Notes under the pieces: model-generated
The model's input: the letters and a program-made list of their open reading frames with translations, nothing else
Databases searched by the model: none
Told to the model about the DNA's origin: nothing
Shown here: piece after piece, positions 12,906 to 26,015 of the stretch
Position numbering within the stretch: position 1 is the first letter of the stretch
Layout of the letters: the number at the start of each line of letters is the position of its first letter
Source: Octopus sinensis
Taxonomy: Eukaryota
Direction of reading: 5' to 3'
NCBI RefSeq assembly: GCF_006345805.1
Contig: NC_043000.1
Span: 37,634,001 to 37,698,000, forward strand
DNA: 64,000 nt
Position numbers and translations under genes: made by a program

Positions 12906-13239
12906 CCTTTATCAAATTATTTCTCCCTACATAGACCACCATTAGTTATCTCACACATCACTTTTATCAGCAAAAAAAGCCTTACTTCCTAAAAGAGTCC
13001 TACTTCATAACACACGAATCAAAGACTGATCTACTTCCTAACTGAGGAAGCGAACACTGAAGTTATGCATTCAGATATATTTTTGGCATGAACATTAATA
13101 GATATTTGTTTGTTAAAGGTATTCTGTATTTTAAAGGTTGTTGGTTGAGTAACGGTGGAAGAAACATCGTAACAAACAGAGTAATATGAAAGATAGTAGC
13201 ACATGCTTGGTGTTATTATGAAACATTAAAACCAATTCC

Positions 13240-13510
13240 TCTCTCTGATAAATGAGACTTGTCCGAAACGTCAGTATTTTCCTCTATTAACGATATACGA
13301 ACGTAAGTAAATCTGTGAACTTTACGAAATGAAATTTATTCATTTTATTTCCTACTTTGTATCACGAAAAATCAAAAGCAATTTATCTCTCTGACGAATG
13401 AGACTTACCCGAAACGTTAGCTTTCTCCTCTGTGGGTGGTACACGTATAAGTATAAGAATAAATTTGTGGACCTCAGAACATGAAATTTATTCGTATTAT
13501 CTTCTTTTGT
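13240..13510 (+). repeat. Two tandem ~146-bp units, each with a degenerate minimal hammerhead motif
   Basis: CT-CTGATAA-atgagacttgtcc-GAAAC-GTC-AG (13243-13274) and CT-CTGACGA-atgagacttaccc-GAAAC-GTT-AG (13389-13420). The downstream sequences are also similar (aaatctgtgaac/aaatttgtggac, tgaaatttattc). Confidence 0.6.
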
Positions 13511-14377
13511 CGGATGTCAAACCCAACGGTTTGAAATACATCATAGAGAGGCATGATTACAACTTTGTAAATGACTAATATAACCACTGCGATCAATAAC
13601 AACATTGACGAAGTATTTATTTTGGAAGCAATGAATAACGAAGTCGATTCTACCAAGAAATAAATGAATGACGCCGGTATTTACGGTTCCTACCATATGT
13701 TTGGGACAGCAGGAAGAGAAAATGCTGAATAAAATGAGTATTATATATTTTCATATTCTAGATCCACGAGGAATAAGATATGAACGCGACACACTAGAGA
13801 CATTCGAACTCAGAAAGAAAAGAGAATAAATTCAGCGAATCATGTTTAGTGTTCTAACAGTTGTGCCAACACCAAGTCCAAAACACAGTTTTCTCTTCAT
13901 AAAAATTCTTTGATAAGTCACTACGTTGCCTTCAGGCTAATCGAAAGTGTTAGGCTGGCTCAGTGATTTTCTGATGGTTCGTTAGGTTTTGATGTAGCTG
14001 GAACTCACAAACGTACAACTTAAAATGATGGCTTCTGGTAACAGATTTTACCTTCGGCAATTCGTAATTTGATGGTGCTGTAATAGAATAGGTGAATAAT
14101 CTATTTCTAAATCTTCTCACCGTTTTTTCCTGCTGTTTACACACACACATATATGTCGCTCTACTTCCATATATCATTGCTGTAAACATAGTTTTTAATT
14201 CTTTCCGATTCTTCTCTTTCTAAATTAATCACACCCACACAAACACACACATGTATGTATGTATGTATGTATGTATGTATGTATGTATGTATGTATGTAT
14301 GTATGTATGTATGTATGTATGTATGTATGCATGTATGTATGTATGTATGTATGTGTGTATGTATGTGTGTATGTATG

Positions 14378-14443
<66 letters not shown>

Positions 14444-14687
14444 CATGTACATACTGTGTATCTGTAAGTACTTATGCATATATGTATGTATACATATATG
14501 CCAATTTTTATTATATCATATATATATATATATATATATATATGCATGCACTGCCGAAACTTCGAAGTCACTGTGAATGATATTCTTGTTTAAAAATAAT
14601 AAATATAATTTTTTTATGCACGTACGTATGTATGTATTTATCTATCTATTTATCTATTTGTCTCTCTATCTGTCTGTCTATCTGTCA

Positions 14688-14743
<56 letters not shown>

Positions 14744-15442
14744 GTCTATCTGCGTATATATTCATACACACGCGCACACATACATCACGCACACACACAC
14801 ACACACACACAAAAGGTGTTTATTCATATACACATATATATATTCACATGCACACACATGTATACAAACACACACACATGACTATATATTCATAGCACAT
14901 ACGTGCACTCACATCCATAAGTTTATAAAAATATATTTAATACAAACGTTATCTGAAAGAATAACTCAATACACGGTGCAAGAAGGACCTCCAAAATAAT
15001 CCGTCCAGATGTAAGAATGTGGAACAAGATAACTTGTCGTTTGGAGTTCAACTCGTGTTAGGGTCTAGATGTGTGGGAGACGTGACTCGTTGCCCAGTTT
15101 CACACCGATGTGTAGCACCTTGGATGACTTTAGCGGTGTCCGCCAGGCTCCCGGTATAAAGGTCGAACCCACCTTACCCGACGGTAGTGATGGAGACTCT
15201 GAGATGGCACGTAGGTAATGCTTTCTGTTCTGAGTAAAATGCTATATAAGTATTGACACAGACACACAGACAGACACACACACACACATATACACAGACA
15301 CCCACACTCATACATACATACGCACACAGACTCGCACACATACATACGCAGGTACACACATGCACACACACACACACACTCACACATAAATATTTATCGA
15401 TAGAACCATCTATGTATCACACATGGTATATTTATTGAAGTC

Positions 15443-15650
15443 GAAGGTGGCAGAATCGTTAGGACGCCAGACGAAATGCTTAGCAGCATCTAGTCGGTCT
15501 TCACATTCAGAGTTCAAATTCCACTGAGGTCGGCTTTGCCTTTTATTCTTTCAGGGTCGATAAGAGAAATACCACTGGAGCACTGAGGTCAATATAATCG
15601 ACTTACCACTCTCTCGAAATTGCTGGCCTTGTGCCAAAATTTGAAACCAA

Positions 15651-15652
<2 letters not shown>
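15443..15652 (+). mobile_element. tRNA-derived SINE family B
   Basis: ggcagaatcgttag...gagttcaaattcc (A/B boxes), ggtcgataagagaaatacc core and ggccttgtgccaaaatttgaaaccaata tail. Confidence 0.8.
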
Positions 15653-15697
<45 letters not shown>

Positions 15698-15905
15698 ATA
15701 TGTAGCTCAGTTTAAAAGAGACTACACTTCAGATAACCCTTTCCTGAAAAAATCTAGAACAAGTATATCTACAGAATTAAATATACGTCCACCTAGATCA
15801 AACTATAAACATCTAAAAGAACACAAACACACAAAACTGACTTCTCGCCTAGAAGGAAACCATTCTCAGTATAGTAATAGGGACGAGTCACTAATATGAA
15901 ATATA

Positions 15906-16068
15906 GGCGCAGGAGTGGCTGTGTGGTAAGTAGCTTCTGTACCAACCACATGGTTCCGGGTTCCGTCCCACTGCGTGGCACCTTGGGCAAGTGTCTTCTA
16001 CTATAGCCTCGGGCCGACCAAAGCCTTGTGAGTTGATTTGGTAGACGCAAACTGAAAAGAAGCCCGTC

Positions 16069-16119
<51 letters not shown>

Positions 16120-16340
16120 TGTGTGTGTTTGTGTGTCTGTGTTTGTCCCCCTAGCATTGCTTGACAACCGATGCTGGTGTGTTTATGTCCCCGTTACTTA
16201 GTGGTTCGGCAAAAGAGACCGATAGAATAAGTACTGGGCTTACAAAAAGAATAAGTCCCGGGGTCGAGTTGCTCGATTAAAGGTGGTGCTCCACCATGGC
16301 CGCAGTCAAAAGACTGAAACAAGTAAAAGAGTAAAGAGTA
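15906..16340 (+). mobile_element. Full-length tRNA-derived SINE family A (CORE-like; probably OR1/OR2-type) with an internal (TA)n tract
   Basis: ggcgcaggagtggctgtgtggta head, gttccgtccc B-box-like site, CORE-like accttgggcaagtgtctt, internal (TA)n(TG)n, a 3' module and an agtaaaag tail. Confidence 0.85.
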
Positions 16341-16439
16341 AAAACAGAAGAAACTAACCGAGGGTTATGAGTAATTTTTTCTCCCCAGTAAATAGAAACG
16401 TCCAAGAGACTTCCTCCACTCCTCAACGAAGAAACTCAA

Positions 16440-16760
16440 CTTTTCAACTTTCCAAACAAGGAGCGAGTTTCACAATTAAAACCAACTTCACTTTTGCCTC
16501 TGAGAATCTAATTTATGTAATAATCTGCTCGGTTTGGGGAATCACTATATAGGACAGACGAATATGACATTGAGGCGGAGAGCCACTTTACATAAAGAGC
16601 AGATCCGGTTCCCGCAATACAGTAAACACATAGAGAGATGTTCAGGTAACATCAAACCAAATTCCACAGTTTTCCCTTCCAAAGATGCAATTTCTATACA
16701 AGAATGTTTAAATAAAAAAAAATATTCATTGAAAAATACAGAACACGTCTAAATATGCAC
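16440..16760 (+). mobile_element. Penelope GIY-YIG endonuclease fragment, degenerate
   Basis: FTIKTNFTFASENLIYVIICS...HYIGQTNMTLRRRATLHKEQIRFPQY, the same family as the endonuclease at 62590-62931. Confidence 0.8.
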
Positions 16761-17142
16761 GCACAACCAACTTTGATCTCTATACATATTTTAATTCACG
16801 ATTATATACACATCACTGTATATATTTCTTCCTACTACTCTAACTTTTTGAATTTTTGTGCATATTCCCCACCGACCGAAAGATGAACCATTATCTCCCT
16901 TGTCCGCAATAATAACGATAACTAATTACCCACCTCTAGATTTTTCTACATGTTGAATCATTCATTCATAAACTCCACATACAAGATGGACAAAAAGATT
17001 TTTATTAAGAAAATACGTATTCAAATAAATTTTAAGGCCATGATTAGCGAAAGGGAAACTGGTCGACAAACACAATATAAGATATATCAAAATTTGTAAC
17101 AAAACTATGTAAAGTGTGTGCATCTTGCCTTCTTTAATTTCT

Positions 17143-17216
<74 letters not shown>

Positions 17217-17221
17217 ATATA

Positions 17222-18209
17222 CAGGGGTTGGACAAAATAATGGAAACACTTTCAAATTTCAAACAAATTTATATCAATATGTGGTAGGACTGCCTTTGGT
17301 TGTAATTACATCTTGAATTCTACGAAGTATGGACTTGTATAAAGTTTGAATTGTTTCGAAAGTAATTTTTGTCCATTCTTCAGCTAAAACATTCTCCAGT
17401 TCTTTTAGTGATGATGGTGGAAGGTATTCACTCCTTACTTGTTTTTCTAAAATGTACCATAAATGTTCAATAATATTGAGTTCTGGAGACTGTGGATAAG
17501 ATGTTCAACGTCACTAGAATGTTCCTCGTGCCATTCAGTAACAACTTTAGCTGTATGAATTGGTGCATTATCATCCTGAAAGATTGCATTTCCCTTCGGA
17601 GACAGTTCCACAACCACAGGATGAATTTGATCAGATAAAATGCTAAAATAGTCTTGACTGTTAATTCTGCTATGAAGGAAAACCATTGAGCCGGCGGGTT
17701 TCCAAGATATAGCCCTTCTAGATCATCACAGATCCTCCTCCGAGAAGATAACATTTTCTCACTGCTCTAGGGACCAATTCTGTAGGTTTTTATTCCACTC
17801 TAAACGCTTTGCAACGTTTGTTTTTGAAAGTAGTGAAACCAGGCTTTGTGCAACTCCCGGCGAACAATATTTGTGGAAACTGTGTTCCCGAGGTGGTCAT
17901 TAAGCTCTGCAGTAATTTTGGGAGCTGTACTTTTGTGATCCTTTCTAACAATTTGCGTAAGAGTCCAACGGTCCCTATCTGAAAATTTTGGTTTCCCTCC
18001 GGAGTTTTGTTTTGACGAGGAAGCTTTTCCCTCTTTCTCAAAGACTGTCATTATTTTCGAGACAGTACTTCTTGATACACCAAACATTTCGGCTGTTTTC
18101 ATTACGCTAGCGCCTGATAAAAATTAAGAAGCTTTTGACGATTTTTTAAAGATTTTTCACAAGTATGATGCTATAATGCTAGGTGTTTCCATTATTTGTC
18201 CACTCCCTG
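17222..18209 (-). mobile_element. Tc1-family DNA transposon, internally deleted
   Basis: TIRs caggggttggacaaaataatggaaacac (17222-49) and gtgtttccattatttgtccactccctg (18183-209), with TA on both sides. Minus strand shows the HTH region (FGVSRSTVSKI...RTLTQIVRKD...STNIVRRELHK) and catalytic FQDDNAPIH...LNIIEHLW. Confidence 0.9.
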
Positions 18210-18215
18210 TATACA

Positions 18216-18246
<31 letters not shown>

Positions 18247-18430
18247 CACACCACACACACACATATATATATATATATAAATTGTATTTGGTTTCCACTC
18301 GTTTACTTATTTATTTTTTCTAAAATTTTCGTTCCTTAATAAAGCATTGACGAATGGAAATCGAACCGATGCGTGTGTTAATCAATAAGACAGAATGAGT
18401 CTTCCCAGACACAGTAATATATATATATAT

Positions 18431-18474
<44 letters not shown>

Positions 18475-19104
18475 CTGAAAGTCAAGTTAGTGTGGTCTTC
18501 CTCTGACATACCATCTGTTATGGACGTGACATGTTTAAAAACACAGTACATGTCGGAAGGAGACTAACAATCTGCCTAGAAGCGGTTAGCAAGGACACAA
18601 GTTGCATTTCGATCTAGACACGAGTCTAGACGAGATTTGTCATCTCCGATTTAGTAAACAGTGCATAAAACATTCCATAATAGAATACCCACCCGGCTGA
18701 ATAAATATCATTCATGCGCAATTGAAGCCGTATTAAATTGAAATAGCCAGCTATGTATCGTACTTTATATGTATCGGTGAAAGGCACGTTACTGTGGTAT
18801 TCGTCCGAGAAAACGTCGCTTATATTTGTGATGTGTTTAAAATCACAATATATATCTGATGGAAACGAGTTTTCCGAGCAGCGCTTACTGAGAACGCCAG
18901 ATGTATTTCGGCTTAGTTGAGCTTCATCAGCGATCTGTACTCATCTATGTGTGTACGACTTTGGGAGTGTAAGTATGTATATATATGTATGTGTATATAT
19001 CTATATATCTATATAGTTACACACATACATATATACGTGCGTATATACATATATGTATACTTACATGCGCCCCTATACTCATATACAAACATATACACGC
19101 ATGA

Positions 19105-19180
<76 letters not shown>

Positions 19181-19607
19181 ATATATATTATGTTTGGCAC
19201 CAGCTTGGTTGCAGGAGCTGCCGGAAGAGTGTCGAGTCGAACACTAAACCGCCTTCGGGGCTCCACTCCGGATTTCTTTGAAGGTTGTCTCCTTTCCGTA
19301 ACCCTGGATAGGGGGCCATACCGGGTACTGTCAGCCGGAGCCAGCTGATCCCGAAAATCGTGTCAGGCAGGGTCGTCACTCCCTGAAGTAGTGAAGAAGT
19401 TCGCTACCCACTACCTTTTCAAGTAATGTTAAATTTTTATTAGATATTTCTTTTTTTTCTATGTTTGTTTTATATATTTATTTTTAACCACTAATCTTCA
19501 TACAGGAGCCCCCGCATTTATCATCATTAGCAGCAGCAGCAGTAGGATTAGTAGTAGTAGTAGATGGTTAGCAAGAGGTAATCTCTCTCTCTCGCTCTCT
19601 CTCTCTA

Positions 19608-19643
<36 letters not shown>

Positions 19644-19657
19644 TGTATGTATATATA

Positions 19658-19710
<53 letters not shown>

Positions 19711-19772
19711 TTTGATAGGTTTCGGCCATTATTGGTCCAGGCCATGTCTAACTTAATAGCACCACCTGGTGC

Positions 19773-19810
<38 letters not shown>

Positions 19811-20172
19811 CGAGGGAGAGAGAGAGAGAGAGAGAGAGAGAAATTCAGGGTGAGTACTTGATAATTGTAAGCACCTGTATATACAGTTTTGTGATGTAGG
19901 TGGTGGAGTAAATTAATCAAAATAAAAACATGATGCCAAGGATTCAGCGGTACATATGTTTCGGGCCTTTATTAGACGGATTTATAACAATGCATAATGT
20001 GTGTCTATGGCCTTCTTCAGCCGCGCACAATTACTACCTCAAGGACATGTATTACATCAAAAATTCTACGTTGGGGATACAAATCCTCTCATTCGCGTAC
20101 GACATAATGCGGCAACAGCACAAAAATGAAGCGTCCATCTCGTCCTTCTCTCAATGTATCTCGTCCTTCTCT

Positions 20173-20998
20173 TAAGTATCCGGCTGTTGCCATATTAACA
20201 AATCTAAAGCACGCAGAGTAAAGCCACTTGGTAAAGATTAACCTTGAACTCTGTTGTGAATGTGCACAAAGCTTCAACGTTGTAGATCACTTGTGCTGTT
20301 TATAGCAGTGCTTGGAAGGAAGGTGTGTAGCGTGCGATCATCACATTGACCATGACAGAGAGTTGTCATGGTGATACCTGCTGAGAGGCCTTCGCAAAGT
20401 TACAGAAAGTGCATTGAGAGGAGTGTATGAGCCGTACACAAGTGTATGAGTGGTTCAGACGTTTCCAAGATGGCCGAAAAATGTCGATATTGACGCAACC
20501 GGTAGTACTGAGAAAAACATCACGGTTGTGCGTGAAGCTGTGAGAGGAAATCGTCGAATCGCCATCCGTGAGTTATCAGAGGATGTACAGATTAGTTACG
20601 GCTCAGTTCAATCTATTATCACTGAAGATTTGGGTGTGAAACGCGTATCAATGAGTTTGTGCCAACATTGTTTTCAGCTGACCAAAATGGCAACCGGGTT
20701 TCTGTTGGACAAGTTCACTTTGATTGTGTCGAGAACGATGAAAACCTTTTGAAAACTTTTCGCATGCCTCTGAGTAGGTATCGCCAAACTGTTGCCAAAA
20801 TTTGTCGCAGTTTCTTTGCTCAACTTTCTCTCTGATGGTCAATGCGACGATCGTAATCAGCAGATGTGAGCTAGAACGTTAAAACTTAGTGAACATGCAC
20901 AGCAGAGTTCACGATCAATCTGTGTAAAGTGGCTTTACTCTGCGTGCTTTAACTTCGTTACTATGTCAACAGTCCGGATACTTATTAATCAGACCCTG
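20173..20998 (+). mobile_element. Mariner-type deletion derivative with long (~130-150 bp) terminal inverted repeats
   Basis: Transposase remnants MSRTQVYEWFRRFQDGR and RRIAIRELSEDVQISYGSVQSIITEDLGVKRVS. Arms ~20173-20306 and ~20851-20983 are about 75-80% identical by eye, and the right end is followed by TA. Confidence 0.8.
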
Positions 20999-21099
20999 TA
21001 TACATGTGTGTGTGTACGTATATATATGTGTGTGTATGTGAGCCAATGTACATGATGGAGTCTCTTGTCATGAACGAAAAATGAAGGTCCAGTAAAAAG

Positions 21100-21155
21100 C
21101 AATATACATATATATTATATATATATATATATATATACATATATATATCTATCTA

Positions 21156-21195
<40 letters not shown>

Positions 21196-21258
21196 TATAT
21201 CTATATATATATATTATATATACATATATATATATATACATATATATATCTATATATC

Positions 21259-21290
<32 letters not shown>

Positions 21291-21384
21291 ATATATATAT
21301 ACATATATATATATAATATGATATATATATAATATGATATATATATATAAATAATATATGATATATATATCATATTATATATAC

Positions 21385-21422
<38 letters not shown>

Positions 21423-21525
21423 TATACATATATATATATATAATATGATATATATATCATATTATATATACATATGTATATATATATATATATATATAAT
21501 ATGATATATATCATATTATATATAC

Positions 21526-21569
<44 letters not shown>

Positions 21570-21640
21570 TATATATACATACATACATACATATATACAT
21601 ACATACATGTATATATATATATGTATATATATGAGCATGT
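21100..21640. repeat. Long complex (TA)n-rich satellite with higher-order units
   Basis: About 540 bp of TA with a repeated atatcatattatatatacatatgt unit. Confidence 0.9.
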
Positions 21641-21829
21641 GTCTGCATGTATGAATCTATCCATATCTGTATATATATTGAGCGCGATAATGAGTTGGAA
21701 GCAAGAAATTCAAGTTTTCTACCAGGGACTACGTTTCAAAGCTTCCTTGGCGATTCAAAAATGTTTGTATTCATAAAACGCAGATTAATATCAAATAAAG
21801 AGATATCTAATAAATAAAAGATTCTGATT

Positions 21830-22150
21830 TTGGTCTAAGCTCAGCAGGGGAGGAAGTGGTCGGTACCACTGACCCAAGTATATCACTGGTACGTTACTTT
21901 ATCGACACTGAGAAGACGGAAAGCTAAGCAACTCAGAACATAAACCGGCGGAACGAATGGTGCAAATTGTACCAGACCAGCAATTTTGTGGAGGTGGGCC
22001 AGGGTATACCACCGAGCCCAGTGTCTCACAGGTACTTACTTCACCCCGGGAGAATGAAAGGCGAAGTTGATCTCGGCGTGATTTGAACTCAAAATGTAAT
22101 GAATGGTGCAGATCATACTATCCAACACTCCAACGGCGGTGGATTCGCAA
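21830..22150 (-). mobile_element. Two degraded SINE family B fragments
   Basis: Contain ctggtac...ttatcgacac and gatctcggcgtgatttgaactcaaaa motifs. Confidence 0.6.
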
Positions 22151-23039
22151 ATATCCGATAAATAATAAAATGCTTTAGTAATTGTGTTTAGGAAGCAAAA
22201 CTTGTCTCTAATGATCCTCCGTTCACTCCATCAATGATTAAATTCTAGACTGAAATCAGTGTTTCGTTGTAAGTATCTGACTAAAACTATCATCTCGTTA
22301 ATATAATATATCTGGGTTTAAATTAAATCAGGAATAGAACAACGTCACGATTTTTCACTGTTGAATAGTGAAAACAAACATTGACAGGGACAAATATATC
22401 AGACTGGATATCGTACAGAGGAACAATAAAGTATACGGGAATATTAAAAATAGGATACAACTTTCTAGGTTTTGACAACGTTACCTAATCGACAGAGTAA
22501 TTTTCAAATTAAAACTAACAACTATGTATTTCATGGCATATAAGATACGCATTTTCGCAAAAAATGTCACAAAAAATCACCTCGGATTCTGTAGGCAAAT
22601 TTGGACTTCACATAACCTTTAATGTTCTAAAAACGTGTTTTCGCTGCTGAAATTGAGGGGCCTCTAATACGCCATCGAATACAGTATTTATGAATTCTTT
22701 TTTTTTTTAGTTTCTCTCGGTCCAGCCAATGGAGCACGCGTTCACGAGGGTAACAGGCAATTAGTTCGATCTCCTTACTCTGTTTGCTCGGAAGATTTTC
22801 GTCTCCTTGCGATATATTTTGATTTTTAAGCACAGCTTGTCCCTTAGAGATATTACCTCTGGACGAATATTTCAGTAATCCGCCTTTCAACGATGTGTTT
22901 ATATTGAATATGATTCATAGATGGCTATTTTTAGAATATGCTTTATCGATATAGAAATAGAAATTCTTTTCGATGTCGATGCAATATCATATAACTTCAA
23001 CTGAATTAAATATTCGAAGATAATTTTGTTCAACGAATT

Positions 23040-23350
23040 GATTGTCTTCCGAACTCAGAACACATAACAACATTACGTCACAACTACTTTACCTCAACCG
23101 GTCCATCACTCTTTAATACCATACCAAAATACGTCTGAAAAGAAACGATTCCCATAAAATTCAAAAGTTCACTGGACAAATTTCTTCAAAAAATCCCGAC
23201 CAACCTACTAACACGGATATATCTCCGACAATGATACTCTTTGCTAGAGTGGGCCATGATTCCCCATATATGACTAAAAGACTTCACCAGGGGGTGCTAT
23301 TAAGTAGACATGGCCTGGGTCTATACTGGCCGAAACCTAATAGTTATCAA
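23040..23350 (+). mobile_element. CR1-clade LINE 3' end
   Basis: FKSSLDKFLQKIP-like translation, then a ggcc...ggcc hairpin and an atcaaagtt-type tail. A matching 3' terminus lies on the minus strand at 19700-19775. Confidence 0.6.
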
Positions 23351-23410
23351 AGTTATTATATATATATATATATAATATATATATATATATTATATATATA
23401 TATATATATA

Positions 23411-24134
23411 TACAAAATGGGCCAAAAACGCAAAACATCCAGACAGGTGCTACAAAAAATGGACAACAAAACATCCGGATAGACGATACAAAAAAAAGCA
23501 AGGATGGATCATTGGAAGTTTTCTTTCCTCAAACGAGTTCCAGATTATCTTTGCAATTTCGGCTGGTTATACTCGAGATTGCTCCAGCCCCAAGGAAAAA
23601 CTAAGCTAAGAGCATTAGATTCCTTGGAAGAAAGCAATCAATGTATACGAAAACAAGAACGGAAAAAACGGAGAATGTTACACAAATAAAAATAATAGGG
23701 CACAACAACAGGTGTCTTTCGACTAAGGACGAATTAAATTAAGCTGGTGAGTGGAAGTAAAGCCTTACGGCAGAGATACAAGATTTGACAGGCACAGGGA
23801 GGAATATAGATGTTGCACGGACGACGGCCAAACCAAGAAAGAAAGAACAGGCTTGGCCGAACACCGGTCACGTGGGGTGAGAAGAGAGGGAGATAGAGGC
23901 AGAGGGACAAAAAAATTAAGGAGGGGCGAGAAAAATGACAGGGATACAGTGAAGTGAAAAAAGGAGCAAGGAGAGAAGGCAGGGAAATGTGAGAGAGGAG
24001 GAACGAAAGAACGAAGAGTGGAATGAACGAATAAGCGTGAAGGGCTGATCGAAAGAAAGAAGTCCATTTGGATGTTTTGTTGTCCCTTTTTTGTATCAAC
24101 TGTCTGGATGATTGCGTTCTTGGCCCATTTTGTA
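23411..24134 (-). mobile_element. Penelope-derived (or MITE-like) element with ~74-bp inverted ends, inserted in (TA)n
   Basis: 23411-23484 and 24062-24134 are inverted copies, about 85% identical by eye. The minus strand has LLPLTSLI, resembling the Penelope C-terminal TLHPxGLN, and there are TA tracts on both sides. Confidence 0.55.
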
Positions 24135-24137
24135 TTT

Positions 24138-24173
<36 letters not shown>

Positions 24174-24466
24174 ATATAGCGACGTACGTACATTTTGGTC
24201 TCATATATATATATAGGCTAGTTGAGTTAGAGGCTAAAATAACCGTCCAAGAGAGAGAAGTATCCATTACTCTATTCGTATATTACTTATATTTAGCCAT
24301 GGACATACATTTGCAAACATATTCTCTTCATAAGTTACATGGATTTATCAAGAATCAAAATATAAAGAAAACAGAAATTGGAGAAGTACTGATTAACAAT
24401 TGACTTACATTCAATTACTATTTATTGATTAAATGCACACACACGCACGCACACACACACAACACA

Positions 24467-24497
<31 letters not shown>

Positions 24498-24952
24498 TAC
24501 ACACACACACATACACACACACGCACATATATAATATGACCTGGCATACTATATCTTTTATGTCAGATCCCTCTTAGTGCTGTTAGTAACATGTGACCCC
24601 GTACAACCTGTCGTGTGGTTGGGTTATCGGTGACTAAACCGACAACACTATCAAGATTGTTTGATAGAGCGGGTAGTTTTCGTTGAACACTCTGAACACT
24701 CTGAAGAACGGAAAAAAAAGAATGAAGTATTCTATTCATGATCACCTCTAACTAGAAATATTCAGAACTACATAGATAAACAAAACATTTAAAATACTCA
24801 TGTCTATATATTTCTTTCTTTGTATTTTGCATATGGCAGATGTCTAGCAGTGCGCTCATAAAGGCTCCTATGCTACCGTATGATATTCCCAGCGTGTCAA
24901 GTTAACTGTATGGGATTGTTGTGTATGCGGTACTCCATGTAGCGTAAGATTA

Positions 24953-25164
24953 ATATATTAATAACGAGAAATGCTTCACGGGTGGAGATTTTATATTTCA
25001 AATAATGTATTGCAACATATGAATCGGCATGACATGTATTTTTGTGGGACCTCCTCACCAAATCCATAGGATATCCTATAAAAAAAATACATGTAATGCT
25101 GAAACATATGTAGCAATACATAATTAAAAATATAAAATCTCCACCCGTGAAGCATTTCTCGTTA

Positions 25165-25173
<9 letters not shown>
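24953..25173. mobile_element. Fold-back/MITE-like element, ~220 bp
   Basis: The outer ~45 bp (atattaataacgagaaatgcttcacgggtggagattttatattt) is a perfect inverted repeat. Imperfect pairing continues to ~90 bp per arm around a ~40-bp spacer. Confidence 0.75.
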
Positions 25174-25198
<25 letters not shown>

Positions 25199-25977
25199 TA
25201 TATATGAGCTATTTGTATCTTTTTCAAATTTAAGTTTTCTAATCCCGTCTGATTCTGTGAGGAGATAGTTACCCGCCTTTTTATTAATAGTCATCAAGAG
25301 GGCACCACGTGAATTTAAAAATATTTCTTTATTGTTGTGGTTTAATCAGATGACAGGGGAAAAGAACAAAAACGAAGTATTTCTAATCCTGTTAAGAATT
25401 TTCGAGACTGATTGGAGGAAAACGAGAGAAAAAGAAAATCCAACAGATGGGTAACTGCAATAATACGATATTGTTTTAGCATCTTGACTTATGATCGGAC
25501 CAAACTCTTGGCTTAATCCAAATTCTCGCGATAGAATAAATTCCTGTAAAGTAACCAAAGAACCAGGTCGTGGTGGCATGCTACGTGACGGATGAAGCTT
25601 ACCATCATAAGGATATTATGTCTACGAGACTTGCTTTATAAATCTTTAATCTTTTTCATATCCTGTTATCCTTCACTGATCTCTTATAATCTCTCACAAT
25701 GAGCTTTCTCTTTCCTGACAATATCTCACATTCTCAAACACATTATTTTACCTCATTTTCTGTGACCATCTCTTCTCTTCTCCTTGTAATTTCTACATTT
25801 TTATACCTTGCTTTACTACTTTACAAACCTTCCCAGTCTGTCTATCTGTTTGTCTACTTGTCTCTCTCTCTCTGTCTGTCTCCGTCTGACTGTCTGTCTC
25901 TCTGTCTAACTATCTATCTGTCTCTGACTTCCTGTCGCTTCCTCACCAAATAACTACGTTGTAATTGTGTTATATTT

Positions 25978-26015
<38 letters not shown>

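Noticed and set aside
17036-17066. Weak hammerhead-like strings here and at ~42920-42950, ~46530-46620 and ~13510-13540
   Set aside because: Each needs three or more core changes or lacks stem I, which is too degenerate to call without a family consensus.
19700-19775. GGCC...GGCC-GAAAC motif (also ~23305-23340) as a hammerhead
   Set aside because: There is no CUGANGA-like strand and no stem III/NUH. It is better explained as a CR1 3'-terminal hairpin.
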